Virus record (IMG/VR): IMGVR_UViG_3300030330_003102
DNA: 64,000 bases
Source of the DNA: an uncultured virus (IMG/VR IMGVR_UViG_3300030330_003102)
Lineage: Duplodnaviria > Heunggongvirae > Uroviricota > Caudoviricetes
Direction: 5' to 3' (one strand)
The number at the start of each line of letters is the position of its first letter. Within the stretch, counting starts at the first letter, position 1. Positions 19,594 to 38,038 of the stretch are shown here, piece by piece. The notes under the pieces are model-generated. The model saw only the letters and a program-made list of their open reading frames with translations. It was not told the DNA's origin and ran no database searches. A program made the translations under genes and the position numbers.

Positions 19594-22500
19594 TCACCCT
19601 ATCGCATCAATGTTAATGTTTCTGCGCTTCGCTCCGTTCTCTATTTCATCTAAAATCTCTTGCGCGACTTCTGCTGTTGTCATGCCATTGAAATTATTAG
19701 TCATAATTACTTCTGTAGTAGTAATAAGTGTTTCTACACCCTGTTGGTGAACTTGTCTTACAAGGTCGCCAGTAAGTCTATCAGATGCAAAACCGTAGAA
19801 TAATTCTTCTCTTGCGTTATTGAAGTTATAGATTTCATCAGTTGCCGCTTCAATAGAACTACCAAGTCCTCCCATCCATTCATCTTCTCCGATATTGTTA
19901 GCGACTCTAATGTATTCTAAAAGCGTATGTTCCATATCAGCATAGTTTTCAAAGTGTCTGTCTTTCATAAAGTCGTGTAGGTCCACAAAGTCAATTGCAA
20001 AATCCTCTACTATCTTAGCGGCCTCCTCTTTATCATCTACTAGACCACCAGTTAATGCATTTGCTATACTTCCTTCACCGACTCCCCAACGACCAAATAA
20101 CTTTTTAGTGACATTTTCATTAAGCCAATCCATTTTTGTGCCTAGACCCAACCACCCGGCTTTCTTTTCGCCTTCCTCAAGTCTTTTGAGTTCTTCCTTT
20201 GCGTCAATATATTCATTAACTCGGTCTATTGAGCCTTCCAATTGTATTTCTTCAAGTTCACGCATTTGCAAAACTTCATTAATAGCAATTATTTCTGCAT
20301 TTGCTGCATTTACTATTCTAGTGCTTGTTGAATCTGTGTTTTCTGCCACACCTTGTATGAGTGTGTCTTGGTATTCTAACGCGGCATTTAATTCAGTTGT
20401 ACTCATAGTTAGATAGTCCATAACTAACGCAGTATCAGCAATCTGACCTGCCATAGCATCTACTTTAATATCTTCGATATTATCATTAAATAATCCAATT
20501 GTTTCTCCCAAAGTGCGTAAAGCGAAATCAATAACAGCAAATATAACTGTTGCTTTCAGTAGGGTTTTCAACGCTAGAGTAAGACCCCTTGTTGCTGTTG
20601 CGGCCATAGTTGTAGCAGATGCAAGCGCCTTTTTTGCCGTCGTCAAACTTACTATAGATGCAATTTGCTGTCTGTAGGTTATGTTTGCTGTTTGCTCCAC
20701 CACGATATTTCTAGCATCTACTACATTTTTTTGTTGCATAGCAGTAATGCTTTTATACACTTGGAACATTTGCACAGCCATAGCAGCAGTAGTTAAAACC
20801 ATACCTACTCTCATACCACGCTCAGATTCTGAAAACATCATAAATATGCTACCTAATCCACCTAACTTCATTGATAATTGAGTAGCCGCCAAACTACTTT
20901 GCAACATACTATTATTCAATAAATCTGTTGCGACTTTTGCTCCCATTTCTTTATCTGATAATACATCAACTGTTATCCCCAGTTCTTGTAGTTTTCTTAT
21001 GAGCATAGTCACTTGTAGTCTGTGACCATTTCTTTGTTGTGCGGTTTTCTGTAAATTATTTGACTCTTGTATTTGAAGCATTAATTTATCTCTTAATATC
21101 ATTGATTGTTCGGTCCGTACCTTATTTTCTTGCTCTATAACCATAACCTGTTCACGGGTTTTTTGCAGTAGAATGCCTTGTTGTAATGCGGTTTGGGTTT
21201 GTGTCATATTACCTGCTATCTGTTCTCCCCTTAATGCCCTAGTCACCAATATCTGTGTTTGCATAGCAATTTGTAAATTTTTGATAGCAATAATTGCTGC
21301 CGCTGTAGGACCAACGAAATTAGACATCAATCTTGTCATCATAATGAATCCACTTAAGATACCACCAAATCTACCCTCAGTAAACCCAACTAATGTTTTA
21401 TAGAATAACGCTTGTTGTTCAGTCACCTTAGTTAGTGCTGGCAACATGGAGTCTCCAAATGCAGCACTATAATTCTTAAGAGATGCTTCTGCTTGTTCGT
21501 ACTTGAAGATTTCAGAATCTAATCTTCTTTGCAATTCATCTCTCGCTGGGAACTGTGCTAACAACGCCTCTAACTCAAGTTCTCTTACTCTATCTACATT
21601 TTCAAGTAGTTTAATAAGACGAGTATAGTGCCTATTACCAGCAACAGTTTGAACAGTAGCCATCTTTTGCTTGTCATTCATACCTTCATAATGTACTGCT
21701 AATTCTTCCAATAAATCACTAAATGGTCGCATGGCTCCATCTGCGTCATAAACTGCTATTCCCAATCTTTCTAATTCACTTCTAGCGCCGTTAGTATCAG
21801 CACCAAGACGAGCGTAAATCATACGCAACGCACGACCACCCTTACCTTGCTCCTCACCAGCCTCAATCAATGTAGCCGACATAGCAGCCATAGCCGCAAT
21901 ACTTTCATTAGTAAGATGAGCCTGTGAAGCAAATTGATTCATAACGAAAGTTATTTGCGTCATAGTAGCAGCCGACCTGTTCTCAACTGTGTTAAGTTGG
22001 TCGAGAACCCGTATAGTATCACGCCTAATTATGTTAGCCTTTTCTTGTGCTTCCATACCTTCTTCGATGTTTTCGGTCATAAACTTAGTTTGTTGATTTA
22101 GGTTAATTAGTCTTTGCATGGCCGCTTCTGTTTCCATACCGCTAATTAATCCGAACATCATACCCATTTCTGTTCCTACTGCTGTACTGCCTTGACCGCC
22201 TAAGACACCGCTAAGTTGCGCCATACGCGCACCTGCTACGAAGGCTTCATCAGCCGCAAACCCAAACGCTAAACCTATGTCTTGAATTTGATTCTCTAAC
22301 GCTTTAGCCTCATCCATATTATCTACGAACTTTTCAAACTCAACTCTAGCGTTTTCTATTTCTTGTGTTAAAGGCATAACCTCATCTACAAAATCAAACA
22401 TTTGTGCTAATTCTGAACCGGCTTCTTGTATAGCCATTAAAGAATCCATGTAAAGAGATTCAAGAACTGTGGCTGTGGCGTTGGCATCAGTTAGCATTTT

Positions 22501-22638
22501 TGTTGCTTGCCAAGTACCTACTACATCGAAGAAAACCCTTGAACCACTAGCACGAAGAACTACCATCGCAACAGCACAAGCAATTGCTGCTAATGGTGTA
22601 AACTCAAGAAAATTGAGTGCTATTTCAGTCCCTATCAT
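19594..22638 (-). CDS. Tail tape measure protein
   Basis: Helical A/L/Q/E-rich, TP901-core-like region (GRALRMIYARL...LERLGI), hydrophobic central stretches. Confidence 0.9.
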   Translation of the reverse strand: MIGTEIALNFLEFTPLAAIACAVAMVVLRASGSRVFFDVVGTWQATKMLTDANATATVLESLYMDSLMAIQEAGSELAQMFDFVDEVMPLTQEIENARVEFEKFVDNMDEAKALENQIQDIGLAFGFAADEAFVAGARMAQLSGVLGGQGSTAVGTEMGMMFGLISGMETEAAMQRLINLNQQTKFMTENIEEGMEAQEKANIIRRDTIRVLDQLNTVENRSAATMTQITFVMNQFASQAHLTNESIAAMAAMSATLIEAGEEQGKGGRALRMIYARLGADTNGARSELERLGIAVYDADGAMRPFSDLLEELAVHYEGMNDKQKMATVQTVAGNRHYTRLIKLLENVDRVRELELEALLAQFPARDELQRRLDSEIFKYEQAEASLKNYSAAFGDSMLPALTKVTEQQALFYKTLVGFTEGRFGGILSGFIMMTRLMSNFVGPTAAAIIAIKNLQIAMQTQILVTRALRGEQIAGNMTQTQTALQQGILLQKTREQVMVIEQENKVRTEQSMILRDKLMLQIQESNNLQKTAQQRNGHRLQVTMLIRKLQELGITVDVLSDKEMGAKVATDLLNNSMLQSSLAATQLSMKLGGLGSIFMMFSESERGMRVGMVLTTAAMAVQMFQVYKSITAMQQKNVVDARNIVVEQTANITYRQQIASIVSLTTAKKALASATTMAATATRGLTLALKTLLKATVIFAVIDFALRTLGETIGLFNDNIEDIKVDAMAGQIADTALVMDYLTMSTTELNAALEYQDTLIQGVAENTDSTSTRIVNAANAEIIAINEVLQMRELEEIQLEGSIDRVNEYIDAKEELKRLEEGEKKAGWLGLGTKMDWLNENVTKKLFGRWGVGEGSIANALTGGLVDDKEEAAKIVEDFAIDFVDLHDFMKDRHFENYADMEHTLLEYIRVANNIGEDEWMGGLGSSIEAATDEIYNFNNAREELFYGFASDRLTGDLVRQVHQQGVETLITTTEVIMTNNFNGMTTAEVAQEILDEIENGAKRRNINIDAIG

Positions 22639-22912
22639 TCAAATTCTCTCCACTCTTAGATTCCACTACAGGAACCCCGCTATCTCTCAATATGCCGAGT
22701 AGTTCGTTATTGTTTGATAATAGTTTGCGTTGCTGACGCTTTTGGTCGCGTCGCGCAACCATACCCTTTGTATCTTTTACATCCTTTGTTGCTTCCGCTA
22801 TCTTATCGTTAATTTCTGCCGCTATAATAAGGTCTAACTCCATTAGGCGGCGACCACCCTCAACAGAATACTTTAGCCATAAATCTGAGGGGGTTGTTCC
22901 TTTGAAAGCCAT
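22625..22912 (-). CDS. Tail assembly chaperone, T-like part (probably reached by -1 frameshift)
   Basis: Located between the G-like chaperone and tape measure; open in the -1 frame across the upstream stop. Confidence 0.6.
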   Translation of the reverse strand: MAFKGTTPSDLWLKYSVEGGRRLMELDLIIAAEINDKIAEATKDVKDTKGMVARRDQKRQQRKLLSNNNELLGILRDSGVPVVESKSGENLNDRD

Positions 22913-22932
22913 GCAAAGGCTAGGTGCGACTA

Positions 22933-23283
22933 TCAGGAACTCTGAAAAGGTACAGCGCCTTCTTCATCATCACCACGCACGAATTGAAGTATAGTATTCA
23001 ATTCATCAAAGGTCAATAAATTAATATCTATGTTTTCATCAATAACACAGGGACCAATCCATTCTTCCATTTGTGCTTCTATTCCGCCACCCATTTCATC
23101 AACTAATATAGCAAACTCCTCGTTTTGCTCGTCAGTCCATTCTGTAGGGTCGCCAGCGTGTCGCATCTTACGAAACGCCTTTCCTTGTATATTGGTAATC
23201 TTTAGGCGCTCCATACCGGATGCTTGTCTAACCCAAATTTTAGTACCATCTTCTAACTCTATTTCTTTCTTCATTACTGGCAT
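22933..23283 (-). CDS. Tail assembly chaperone, G-like
   Basis: Acidic 116 aa between tail tube and tape measure. Confidence 0.7.
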   Translation of the reverse strand: MPVMKKEIELEDGTKIWVRQASGMERLKITNIQGKAFRKMRHAGDPTEWTDEQNEEFAILVDEMGGGIEAQMEEWIGPCVIDENIDINLLTFDELNTILQFVRGDDEEGAVPFQSS

Positions 23284-23334
23284 AGTTTCACTCTCGCTCT
23301 ATAATACCCACACTTTATGGGTTTAATAAAGAGT

Positions 23335-23520
23335 TCATTCTTCTTCTGTTTCCAACTTCTTGTTGGTTTTGGGTGCGGGGGCACTTTTCTTAGTAGTGGC
23401 GTCAGGAAATCTCTTACAGTATTGCATTACTACCTTTCTATCAGCCATCTCTTTGATGTCTTTTAGATATTTCTTGGGTATATCCTTACCCAATGTAAGT
23501 GCAAACTCTACTAAATCCAT
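23335..23520 (-). CDS. Hypothetical protein
   Basis: 61 aa, in operon order, GGTG upstream. Confidence 0.5.
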   Translation of the reverse strand: MDLVEFALTLGKDIPKKYLKDIKEMADRKVVMQYCKRFPDATTKKSAPAPKTNKKLETEEE

Positions 23521-23529
23521 CTAAACACC

Positions 23530-24552
23530 CTAGTAAGCAGTACCATCAGCAAGAGAAGAACCACTCATCTTGACTTGCATAGCCTTGTCAGCACCACCGG
23601 CGTCGTATAGAGCGACAAAATTAACACTCATTGTGTTTGCATCTCGTCCACTTACAGATGCATCAGGCGCTTCAAATCTTACTTTGTAGAAGGAGATTTC
23701 GATATAGTCTGAACCAGTTTCTTCGTTTAGAGTTAGTTTAATTGCTGGAGTAGCGCCGCTTGGATTATACAAATCACCATCGGCCTTAATTAGATTATCG
23801 TATGATGGGTCATCACCAGTTGGGTTTGCTCCCCATATAACTTGATTTAATTCTATGGTTCCACTAATCTCTCTGCGTTGTGAAAGTGGGGCGCGAACAT
23901 AAGTTGCGTTTCCAAGAGCAGTAGCGTTATCTGTGTCTCTATTCATGTTTATATCAAAAGAAAACGACTTAACAGTTGCTGACGCAGTTGTGTTTCCGCT
24001 TCCGTCATCAAAGACAATGCTTCCATTAGCAAAGTAAAGAGCATCTAGCGCGTCTGTAAAGGTTGGTGTTTGTAAAGCCGAACCACCTGCGCTGTGTGTT
24101 TGTGCGCATCCGATAAAATCTGCTGAAAGCATAACATACTCTCCAACAGTCGCAGACATTGATAGAGTATTACCCATCATTCCTGTAAACTCATGTTCTG
24201 AACTTTCTCTACCAACCTGAATTGTGAATGAAGGTAGTGTGTCTGTACCGCTTGGCTCAGTAAATGTGTGTACTGTACCCGATGCGGTGTCCTTGAAGAA
24301 AGCACGAAATACATTTGCTACAAATGGGTCTATTTGTGCGGCCAAATTCAACCCGCCCTCGGAATACTCAAGTCCTGTCACAGACTTTGATGCGATAGGG
24401 CGACTCATATCTTGTCGGGTTAGCAAATTATATCTGTGAGCAAATGACTCATCATCTATCTCACCATAAACTTCTGTTCCACCGCCCGAAACGGACTTAT
24501 AGGTAGAACCTTCTTTCTGTATTGAAATATATCTGTTGTTGAAATCAACCAT
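23530..24552 (-). CDS. Major tail tube protein
   Basis: 340 aa; LPSFTIQVG, FSFDINM, RREISGTIE motifs typical of siphovirus tail tubes; position. Confidence 0.8.
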   Translation of the reverse strand: MVDFNNRYISIQKEGSTYKSVSGGGTEVYGEIDDESFAHRYNLLTRQDMSRPIASKSVTGLEYSEGGLNLAAQIDPFVANVFRAFFKDTASGTVHTFTEPSGTDTLPSFTIQVGRESSEHEFTGMMGNTLSMSATVGEYVMLSADFIGCAQTHSAGGSALQTPTFTDALDALYFANGSIVFDDGSGNTTASATVKSFSFDINMNRDTDNATALGNATYVRAPLSQRREISGTIELNQVIWGANPTGDDPSYDNLIKADGDLYNPSGATPAIKLTLNEETGSDYIEISFYKVRFEAPDASVSGRDANTMSVNFVALYDAGGADKAMQVKMSGSSLADGTAY

Positions 24553-24604
24553 AATAGTACCTCTAGGTGTTCTAATCTACGACTAGGCTGACCTATAAAC
24601 ATTA

Positions 24605-25660
24605 TCATCGGTGACGCATATCAATTCTGCGCATATATGTGAGTGTGAGGACATGAACACAGACTACTTCGTCGTTATCCATCTTGGGGTCAAGGTCTGC
24701 TGTAAAGCCAATTATACTATCTGTAGTGCCCTCTACACCAGTATTTACATATAGTTCATCAAATACTTCACCCATAATGTTTAATGATTTACGGTATGCG
24801 TTTTCATAGTTTGTACCTTTCACACTTATAAATACCTTTACATCGTATTGTTGTGTAATTTTAGCACCACCAAGAGATTCAAATTGTGGAGAATCTACTT
24901 GTTCTACTAAGACATGAATACTAGGGGAGCCTATTCTATTAATCATCTGAGAAGAAATATCATAACCATATACTATGGATGAGTCGTCAACTTGGGTTTT
25001 TAGGTAAGGACGAGGACTATTTTTGATTTGGTCCACTATACCTATACCCATTCTAGCGAGAGTGTCTTGGGCGAAATCAGAAATTAGTAATTCTTCGGGT
25101 GAAAATGCACCAAATTTAGAGTAGTAAACTGAGGCCCATTTAACGCTTCCGGTGGTATTACCCCACCTGACCGTCTTTCCTGAGCCTGATGAGCCCGTAA
25201 CCGTACTAAAAACGGCATTAGCGTCATCGTCGTTAATTATCTCATGCGTGTATAGTTTTGCTGACCCATCTGAGGCCAAAGTTAGTCTAAGAAAAAGCGC
25301 AACTGGTTTTTCCTCATCTAGTGCCAAATCTAGGTCACTTATTGTTACGGTAGAAGTACCCACAAGAGAAAGGCTTGTGTTTGTTCCTGTAGATTGAACC
25401 TCGACCTTGTGTGTACCATTATCTAGGCGCATAAGAACTTCCCCATTATCAGGCGCTGTGGTGTATTCTAAGCACGCCACAAGCGTATATGCGTTTGTAG
25501 TAGGAGTAATAGTCCAAGTACCGTTAGTTATTACCCAGTTTCCACCCGACGCAGAACCACCGCTACCGGACCAAGTATCGTTAAATGTGCCTGTTAAAGC
25601 AGACGGGTCTGTGCCGTTCATACGGCTATTCCAATACTCGGTTTTTGTTGCTACTGCCAT
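24605..25660 (-). CDS. Putative tail terminator with N-terminal beta-sandwich extension
   Basis: C-terminal PSIHV...YDVKVFI region and position upstream of the tube; inference. Confidence 0.5.
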   Translation of the reverse strand: MAVATKTEYWNSRMNGTDPSALTGTFNDTWSGSGGSASGGNWVITNGTWTITPTTNAYTLVACLEYTTAPDNGEVLMRLDNGTHKVEVQSTGTNTSLSLVGTSTVTISDLDLALDEEKPVALFLRLTLASDGSAKLYTHEIINDDDANAVFSTVTGSSGSGKTVRWGNTTGSVKWASVYYSKFGAFSPEELLISDFAQDTLARMGIGIVDQIKNSPRPYLKTQVDDSSIVYGYDISSQMINRIGSPSIHVLVEQVDSPQFESLGGAKITQQYDVKVFISVKGTNYENAYRKSLNIMGEVFDELYVNTGVEGTTDSIIGFTADLDPKMDNDEVVCVHVLTLTYMRRIDMRHR

Positions 25661-25664
25661 TTAA

Positions 25665-26318
25665 TCACCTATTTTTCAAATGTCTTTTTGCCGGATGCTC
25701 AAATACATTGTACACTAAATGAGCAAAGAAAGGAGATGTTCCTTCTTCTGTTATTTGTATTAGGTTGGGGTCGCCCGGTCTTGTTCTACTACCATCAACA
25801 CCACTTAAGTCACCTGTAATTTGATTACGAGAACCAGCCTTAAATGAAGCAAACTGGTTTCCTTGATTTTTTGACTCCTCATAAGTAAGAGAATCACCTA
25901 TAGTTTCGTATAAGTCTCCACTCGCTTTGGTTTTGGGCTTAATTTTACTTTTGAAACTTCTTCCCTTTTTATTAATATCTTGGCTAGTTTGTTGTGAAGC
26001 CAACTCGATAGCATCTCTCATACCGTCAAGCATAATACCTTGCATCTGTTCGTTAATATGACTCATACCCGACTTGAAACTAGATTTGTCAAAGTAAGCA
26101 TTAAATATAAGGGGGGAGTCGGGTACTTTCCTCATTTTAATTGCGTTTCTACCTGAGTGGGTGACATGACCTTCATCGTATGGAGTAAATTGTCTAATAT
26201 CTTCCTGAACATCCTTATCTATTTCTTTAATGTTTTTGGCAACATTTTGCCTAAACATTTCTATTGCGCCTATGCGCGGAAACCCCGGATGTAGAAATTG
26301 GTTTGGTTTGCCTAACAT
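25665..26318 (-). CDS. Putative neck / tail-completion protein
   Basis: Basic protein with EEGT near the C-terminus; position. Confidence 0.45.
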   Translation of the reverse strand: MLGKPNQFLHPGFPRIGAIEMFRQNVAKNIKEIDKDVQEDIRQFTPYDEGHVTHSGRNAIKMRKVPDSPLIFNAYFDKSSFKSGMSHINEQMQGIMLDGMRDAIELASQQTSQDINKKGRSFKSKIKPKTKASGDLYETIGDSLTYEESKNQGNQFASFKAGSRNQITGDLSGVDGSRTRPGDPNLIQITEEGTSPFFAHLVYNVFEHPAKRHLKNR

Positions 26319-26326
26319 CGAAACAC

Positions 26327-26869
26327 CTAATCTACACTACCCAAGTGAGCCAACCTTCTAAGGTTTGTTTCACCGCGTTCTCTCAATGCTACACCACGCA
26401 ACGACCCTTCCGGCCCTGTGGTCTGAAATAGGCTTTCATCCTCAAGGTAATACGATGCGGCAAGGTCGGCGCATATCTCTCTCAATACATGGGCAAACTC
26501 GCCCTCTTGAACAGGAACATCATCTGCATGGTCTGCGGATAACCCACTAACACCTGTTAGGGTATGGGTTGACTTTCCAGTCCATTTGAATGAATCACCA
26601 TCTACATTTCCATTACCAGCAGAACTAAACCCTGTTCCACTTGTTAATACAATTGTGTTAGCACCGGCAACTACTGCGCCGTCTAAAGTAGTATCTTTGA
26701 TACTCTTACTTGGAACATCTCTACCGTAGTCTCGGAAAATTTGGTCTATATCTATTGTAGCACGACGAATAGAACCAGTTAGTTTAGTGGATGCGCGAGT
26801 TCGCTGACCACTATCAAGACCTAATCTTGAACCAACATCAGAGGTAGAACAATAGTAAGTCAAATCCAA
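26327..26869 (-). CDS. Putative head-tail adaptor
   Basis: YCSTSDV start, A..DID..F, ICADLAASYY helical pattern. Confidence 0.6.
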   Translation of the reverse strand: MDLTYYCSTSDVGSRLGLDSGQRTRASTKLTGSIRRATIDIDQIFRDYGRDVPSKSIKDTTLDGAVVAGANTIVLTSGTGFSSAGNGNVDGDSFKWTGKSTHTLTGVSGLSADHADDVPVQEGEFAHVLREICADLAASYYLEDESLFQTTGPEGSLRGVALRERGETNLRRLAHLGSVD

Positions 26870-27005
26870 TCACCGCCGTAAATGCTGCTAAAATAGTGTA
26901 AAGCATACGCTTCTGCATCTTTTGATACGAAGCGAGTGTCTTTTCAATCTTTCCAACTCTTTCTGCTATTAATCTACACCATGCGTTCCATTCTGCCTCA
27001 TTCAT
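26838..27005 (-). CDS. Small coiled-coil protein with C-terminal TM
   Basis: MNEAEW...; hydrophobic C-terminus. Confidence 0.6.
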   Translation of the reverse strand: MNEAEWNAWCRLIAERVGKIEKTLASYQKMQKRMLYTILAAFTAVIGFDLLLFYL

Positions 27006-27009
27006 AATA

Positions 27010-27267
27010 TCACATCTGAGTAGAGAGGCCCATAGCCCCAGCAACTATTGCTATTAAGGCAAAAGTAATCTTCTGCATATTACTCATATACGAAGAAATT
27101 AGTCCATTGGTTATCTCTAACTCAGTAGCAACTTGGGTTAACCCAGTTTTCATGTCCATGTTCGACTGAACCAATTGCTCAATCAGTCTCTCATGTCGCT
27201 TTGCTGTATTTTCTAAGTTATCTAATCGTAAATCTATCACACTATCTTTTTCAGTCACCATCTTCAC
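27010..27267 (-). CDS. Coiled-coil protein with C-terminal TM (holin/XhlA-like layout)
   Basis: Heptad region followed by ITFALIAIVAGAMGL. Confidence 0.6.
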   Translation of the reverse strand: MKMVTEKDSVIDLRLDNLENTAKRHERLIEQLVQSNMDMKTGLTQVATELEITNGLISSYMSNMQKITFALIAIVAGAMGLSTQM

Positions 27268-27652
27268 CCATGTTTGCTTCGATTCGGGCTATTAGGTCGG
27301 CCTTCTTGCCCGATACGGCAAGACCCTTTTCCTTTAGTATAACCTTTAACTCAGCAACATTTCGGGATTCCAATGTGTCCTCAATAGTGCGCAGTTCTGC
27401 CTTTGCTTCTGCGGCCTTCTCTTTGACCTCTCCCATAGAATCAATCACTTCATCAAGTGTGATGCTACCATCAGCACTCAACTCCTTGTACTTCTTCATA
27501 GCCCAAGCCGCAATACCCAATAGGGCCGCAACTGCTACGAGAACTACCTCGATGTCATCCAATAGGGATGAGGACTCGCTGACGCAAGCCACAGTTTCAT
27601 TCAAAGCATTTCTGCATATATCTTCAACAACGGTTGTGTTATTTCCCTGCAT
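27251..27652 (-). CDS. Membrane protein with C-terminal SAP domain
   Basis: TM VVLVAVAALLGIAAWAM; NVAELKVILKEKGLAVSGKKADLIARI matches the SAP consensus. Confidence 0.8.
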   Translation of the reverse strand: MQGNNTTVVEDICRNALNETVACVSESSSLLDDIEVVLVAVAALLGIAAWAMKKYKELSADGSITLDEVIDSMGEVKEKAAEAKAELRTIEDTLESRNVAELKVILKEKGLAVSGKKADLIARIEANMGEDGD

Positions 27653-27856
27653 TTAATCACCTCTTTCATAGATTATCTGCTTAACGGCTGAGAAGGGTAT
27701 CACACTAAATGGTTTGGCGGAGCCTTCCCGGTAAATCTTGTAGCCGTAGGGTGTTTCTTCAATGTTTATGTTTGTGTATGACTTTTCCGGTGGTTGGTAC
27801 ACAATTTTACCTCTCCGAATCACCCTTTCATCAGCAGACATATACTTTGATACCAC
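27653..27856 (-). CDS. Hypothetical protein
   Basis: Small beta-rich ORF in operon order. Confidence 0.55.
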   Translation of the reverse strand: MVSKYMSADERVIRRGKIVYQPPEKSYTNINIEETPYGYKIYREGSAKPFSVIPFSAVKQIIYERGD

Positions 27857-27865
27857 GAACCATAT

Positions 27866-28222
27866 TTAAGGGGTAGGTATCAACCAACCATTGTTTACCA
27901 AGTCATTAATTGTGTTTTCCATATCTGTAAATTCGATAAGGTCGCAAACCCGCTGCTGATATGTGTAGCCTATTTCATAATTATTATAAGTGGCGTTTGA
28001 AACATAAACAACATACCCCTGTGGATTGTTAATTGTTAATTCTACATATAGTATGTAGCCTTCATCTGTATGTTCTTTATCAACTACGGTTCCCTCGACA
28101 TCTCTACAGGAGAATGGGTTAACGACATTATCATCAGGAACTCTTGGAAATGTTGGTCCAATCATACCAAATAAAAGTATAAGCGCCAAAAAATAAGCGA
28201 CCTTTTCGCCATCATCGCCCAT
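27866..28222 (-). CDS. Membrane-anchored hypothetical protein
   Basis: N-terminal TM followed by a beta-rich domain. Confidence 0.6.
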   Translation of the reverse strand: MGDDGEKVAYFLALILLFGMIGPTFPRVPDDNVVNPFSCRDVEGTVVDKEHTDEGYILYVELTINNPQGYVVYVSNATYNNYEIGYTYQQRVCDLIEFTDMENTINDLVNNGWLIPTP

Positions 28223-28251
28223 AATAGTAGGTTGTCCTACCGTTAGTTAAA

Positions 28252-28803
28252 TCATCGCCAGCGTGGGCCTTCAAACCACCCTACAAGACTTGTTCTTGAA
28301 CCTTTGGTGATTGGGCTGACACCATGTTCCAAATACGATAGAAAACAGATTATAGAGCCGCGCTTAATAAGGCTTGCTGGGTCGGGGTTTTGTGTGTGAG
28401 CAAATGTTAATATGCCGCCCTCATAATCTTCGGGGTCGCTTAGTTGTAAAACAATACTAAGTTTTCTGTGAAGACCATCTTGTCTATTCCAATCTACATC
28501 ATGGTGCATATCATATTTATGTCCTACATCAGCATACTCTGTAAATTGTAGCGGAGGTAAAGTGGTTATTGTTGTTTGAAAGTATTGGTTGGCGTCAAGG
28601 GCTATGCGCTTGAAAACATCATGCATTTCTTGGTAAGGACCCTCGTTTGATAGCCAACGAATATCTGTCTTGCGGTGCGTTTCATGACTACCGAAAGTAG
28701 TGGCTTTTTGTGGCTCTACTTGCCTTCCGACACTTATCCAGCGTTCGCAAGTTTCAACATCAACTGCTTCTTCGTATAGAAGCCAATTGGGATGATTAAG
28801 CAT
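28252..28803 (-). CDS. 2OG-Fe(II) oxygenase (prolyl-hydroxylase/PKHD-like)
   Basis: HxD (HHD), RKLS..QLS..YEGG, HGVSPI.KGSRTSLVGW. Confidence 0.92.
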   Translation of the reverse strand: MLNHPNWLLYEEAVDVETCERWISVGRQVEPQKATTFGSHETHRKTDIRWLSNEGPYQEMHDVFKRIALDANQYFQTTITTLPPLQFTEYADVGHKYDMHHDVDWNRQDGLHRKLSIVLQLSDPEDYEGGILTFAHTQNPDPASLIKRGSIICFLSYLEHGVSPITKGSRTSLVGWFEGPRWR

Positions 28804-29101
28804 CTGTTGCATCCTCAAATCCGTCTTGAGTTTTAAGGTTCAAGTAGCATTGTTTGAGAAGGTTCTCTTGGTCTGCTCCATCGGTAACATCTAATGGAAA
28901 CTGATAATTTAGGCCTGTTACCGGCGACTTTCCTCCGGTGTAAGCATCCTCATCCATGAAGATAAGACCTCCGTAAGTAACGGTGAATGACTTGTTTCCT
29001 TCGTCATCTACCTCTTTATCCATTCTAAACTCTCTTATCACTACATGAGCATCCGCACAACTAAGTCCGAAGGCTGTTTCTATCGCTACTGTAAGGGCCA
29101 T
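28796..29101 (-). CDS. Tail-fibre-associated small protein
   Basis: MALTVAIET...YLNLKT..F; TATA-like element upstream of ATG 29101. Confidence 0.6.
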   Translation of the reverse strand: MALTVAIETAFGLSCADAHVVIREFRMDKEVDDEGNKSFTVTYGGLIFMDEDAYTGGKSPVTGLNYQFPLDVTDGADQENLLKQCYLNLKTQDGFEDATDA

Positions 29102-29139
29102 GATACTTCCATTCCATGTGTGTTTAATAAAGAGTTCGC

Positions 29140-29394
29140 TTAATGTAACCAATTTGGGGTATCAGGGAAGTTTTCACCAGCAAGATTAGCCGTTTCGTAG
29201 TCCGTAATATCCCGTAGGGCTTGTCTGTAAGTAGTAAGTTCAGTTTTCCGTTCCTCAGTTAATTGTGCATATCTATCTGAGAGCATCCATAGGTCGCTCG
29301 CAATAAGCATAGAAATACGCAAACTCAAGACATCTTCCCACTCAAGTTCAGTATAGGACACTACTCCATCAGTTTTCGTTATTCGTATATTCAT
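29140..29394 (-). CDS. Tail fibre assembly chaperone
   Basis: L..SDLW...YRQALRDIT...FP..P.W pattern; follows the fibre gene. Confidence 0.75.
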   Translation of the reverse strand: MNIRITKTDGVVSYTELEWEDVLSLRISMLIASDLWMLSDRYAQLTEERKTELTTYRQALRDITDYETANLAGENFPDTPNWLH

Positions 29395-29401
29395 CTTATC
29401 A

Positions 29402-37999
<8,598 letters not shown>

Positions 38000-38038
38000 G
38001 CTACCGCCCCCTATGATTACTGAATACTGAGTGTCCTA

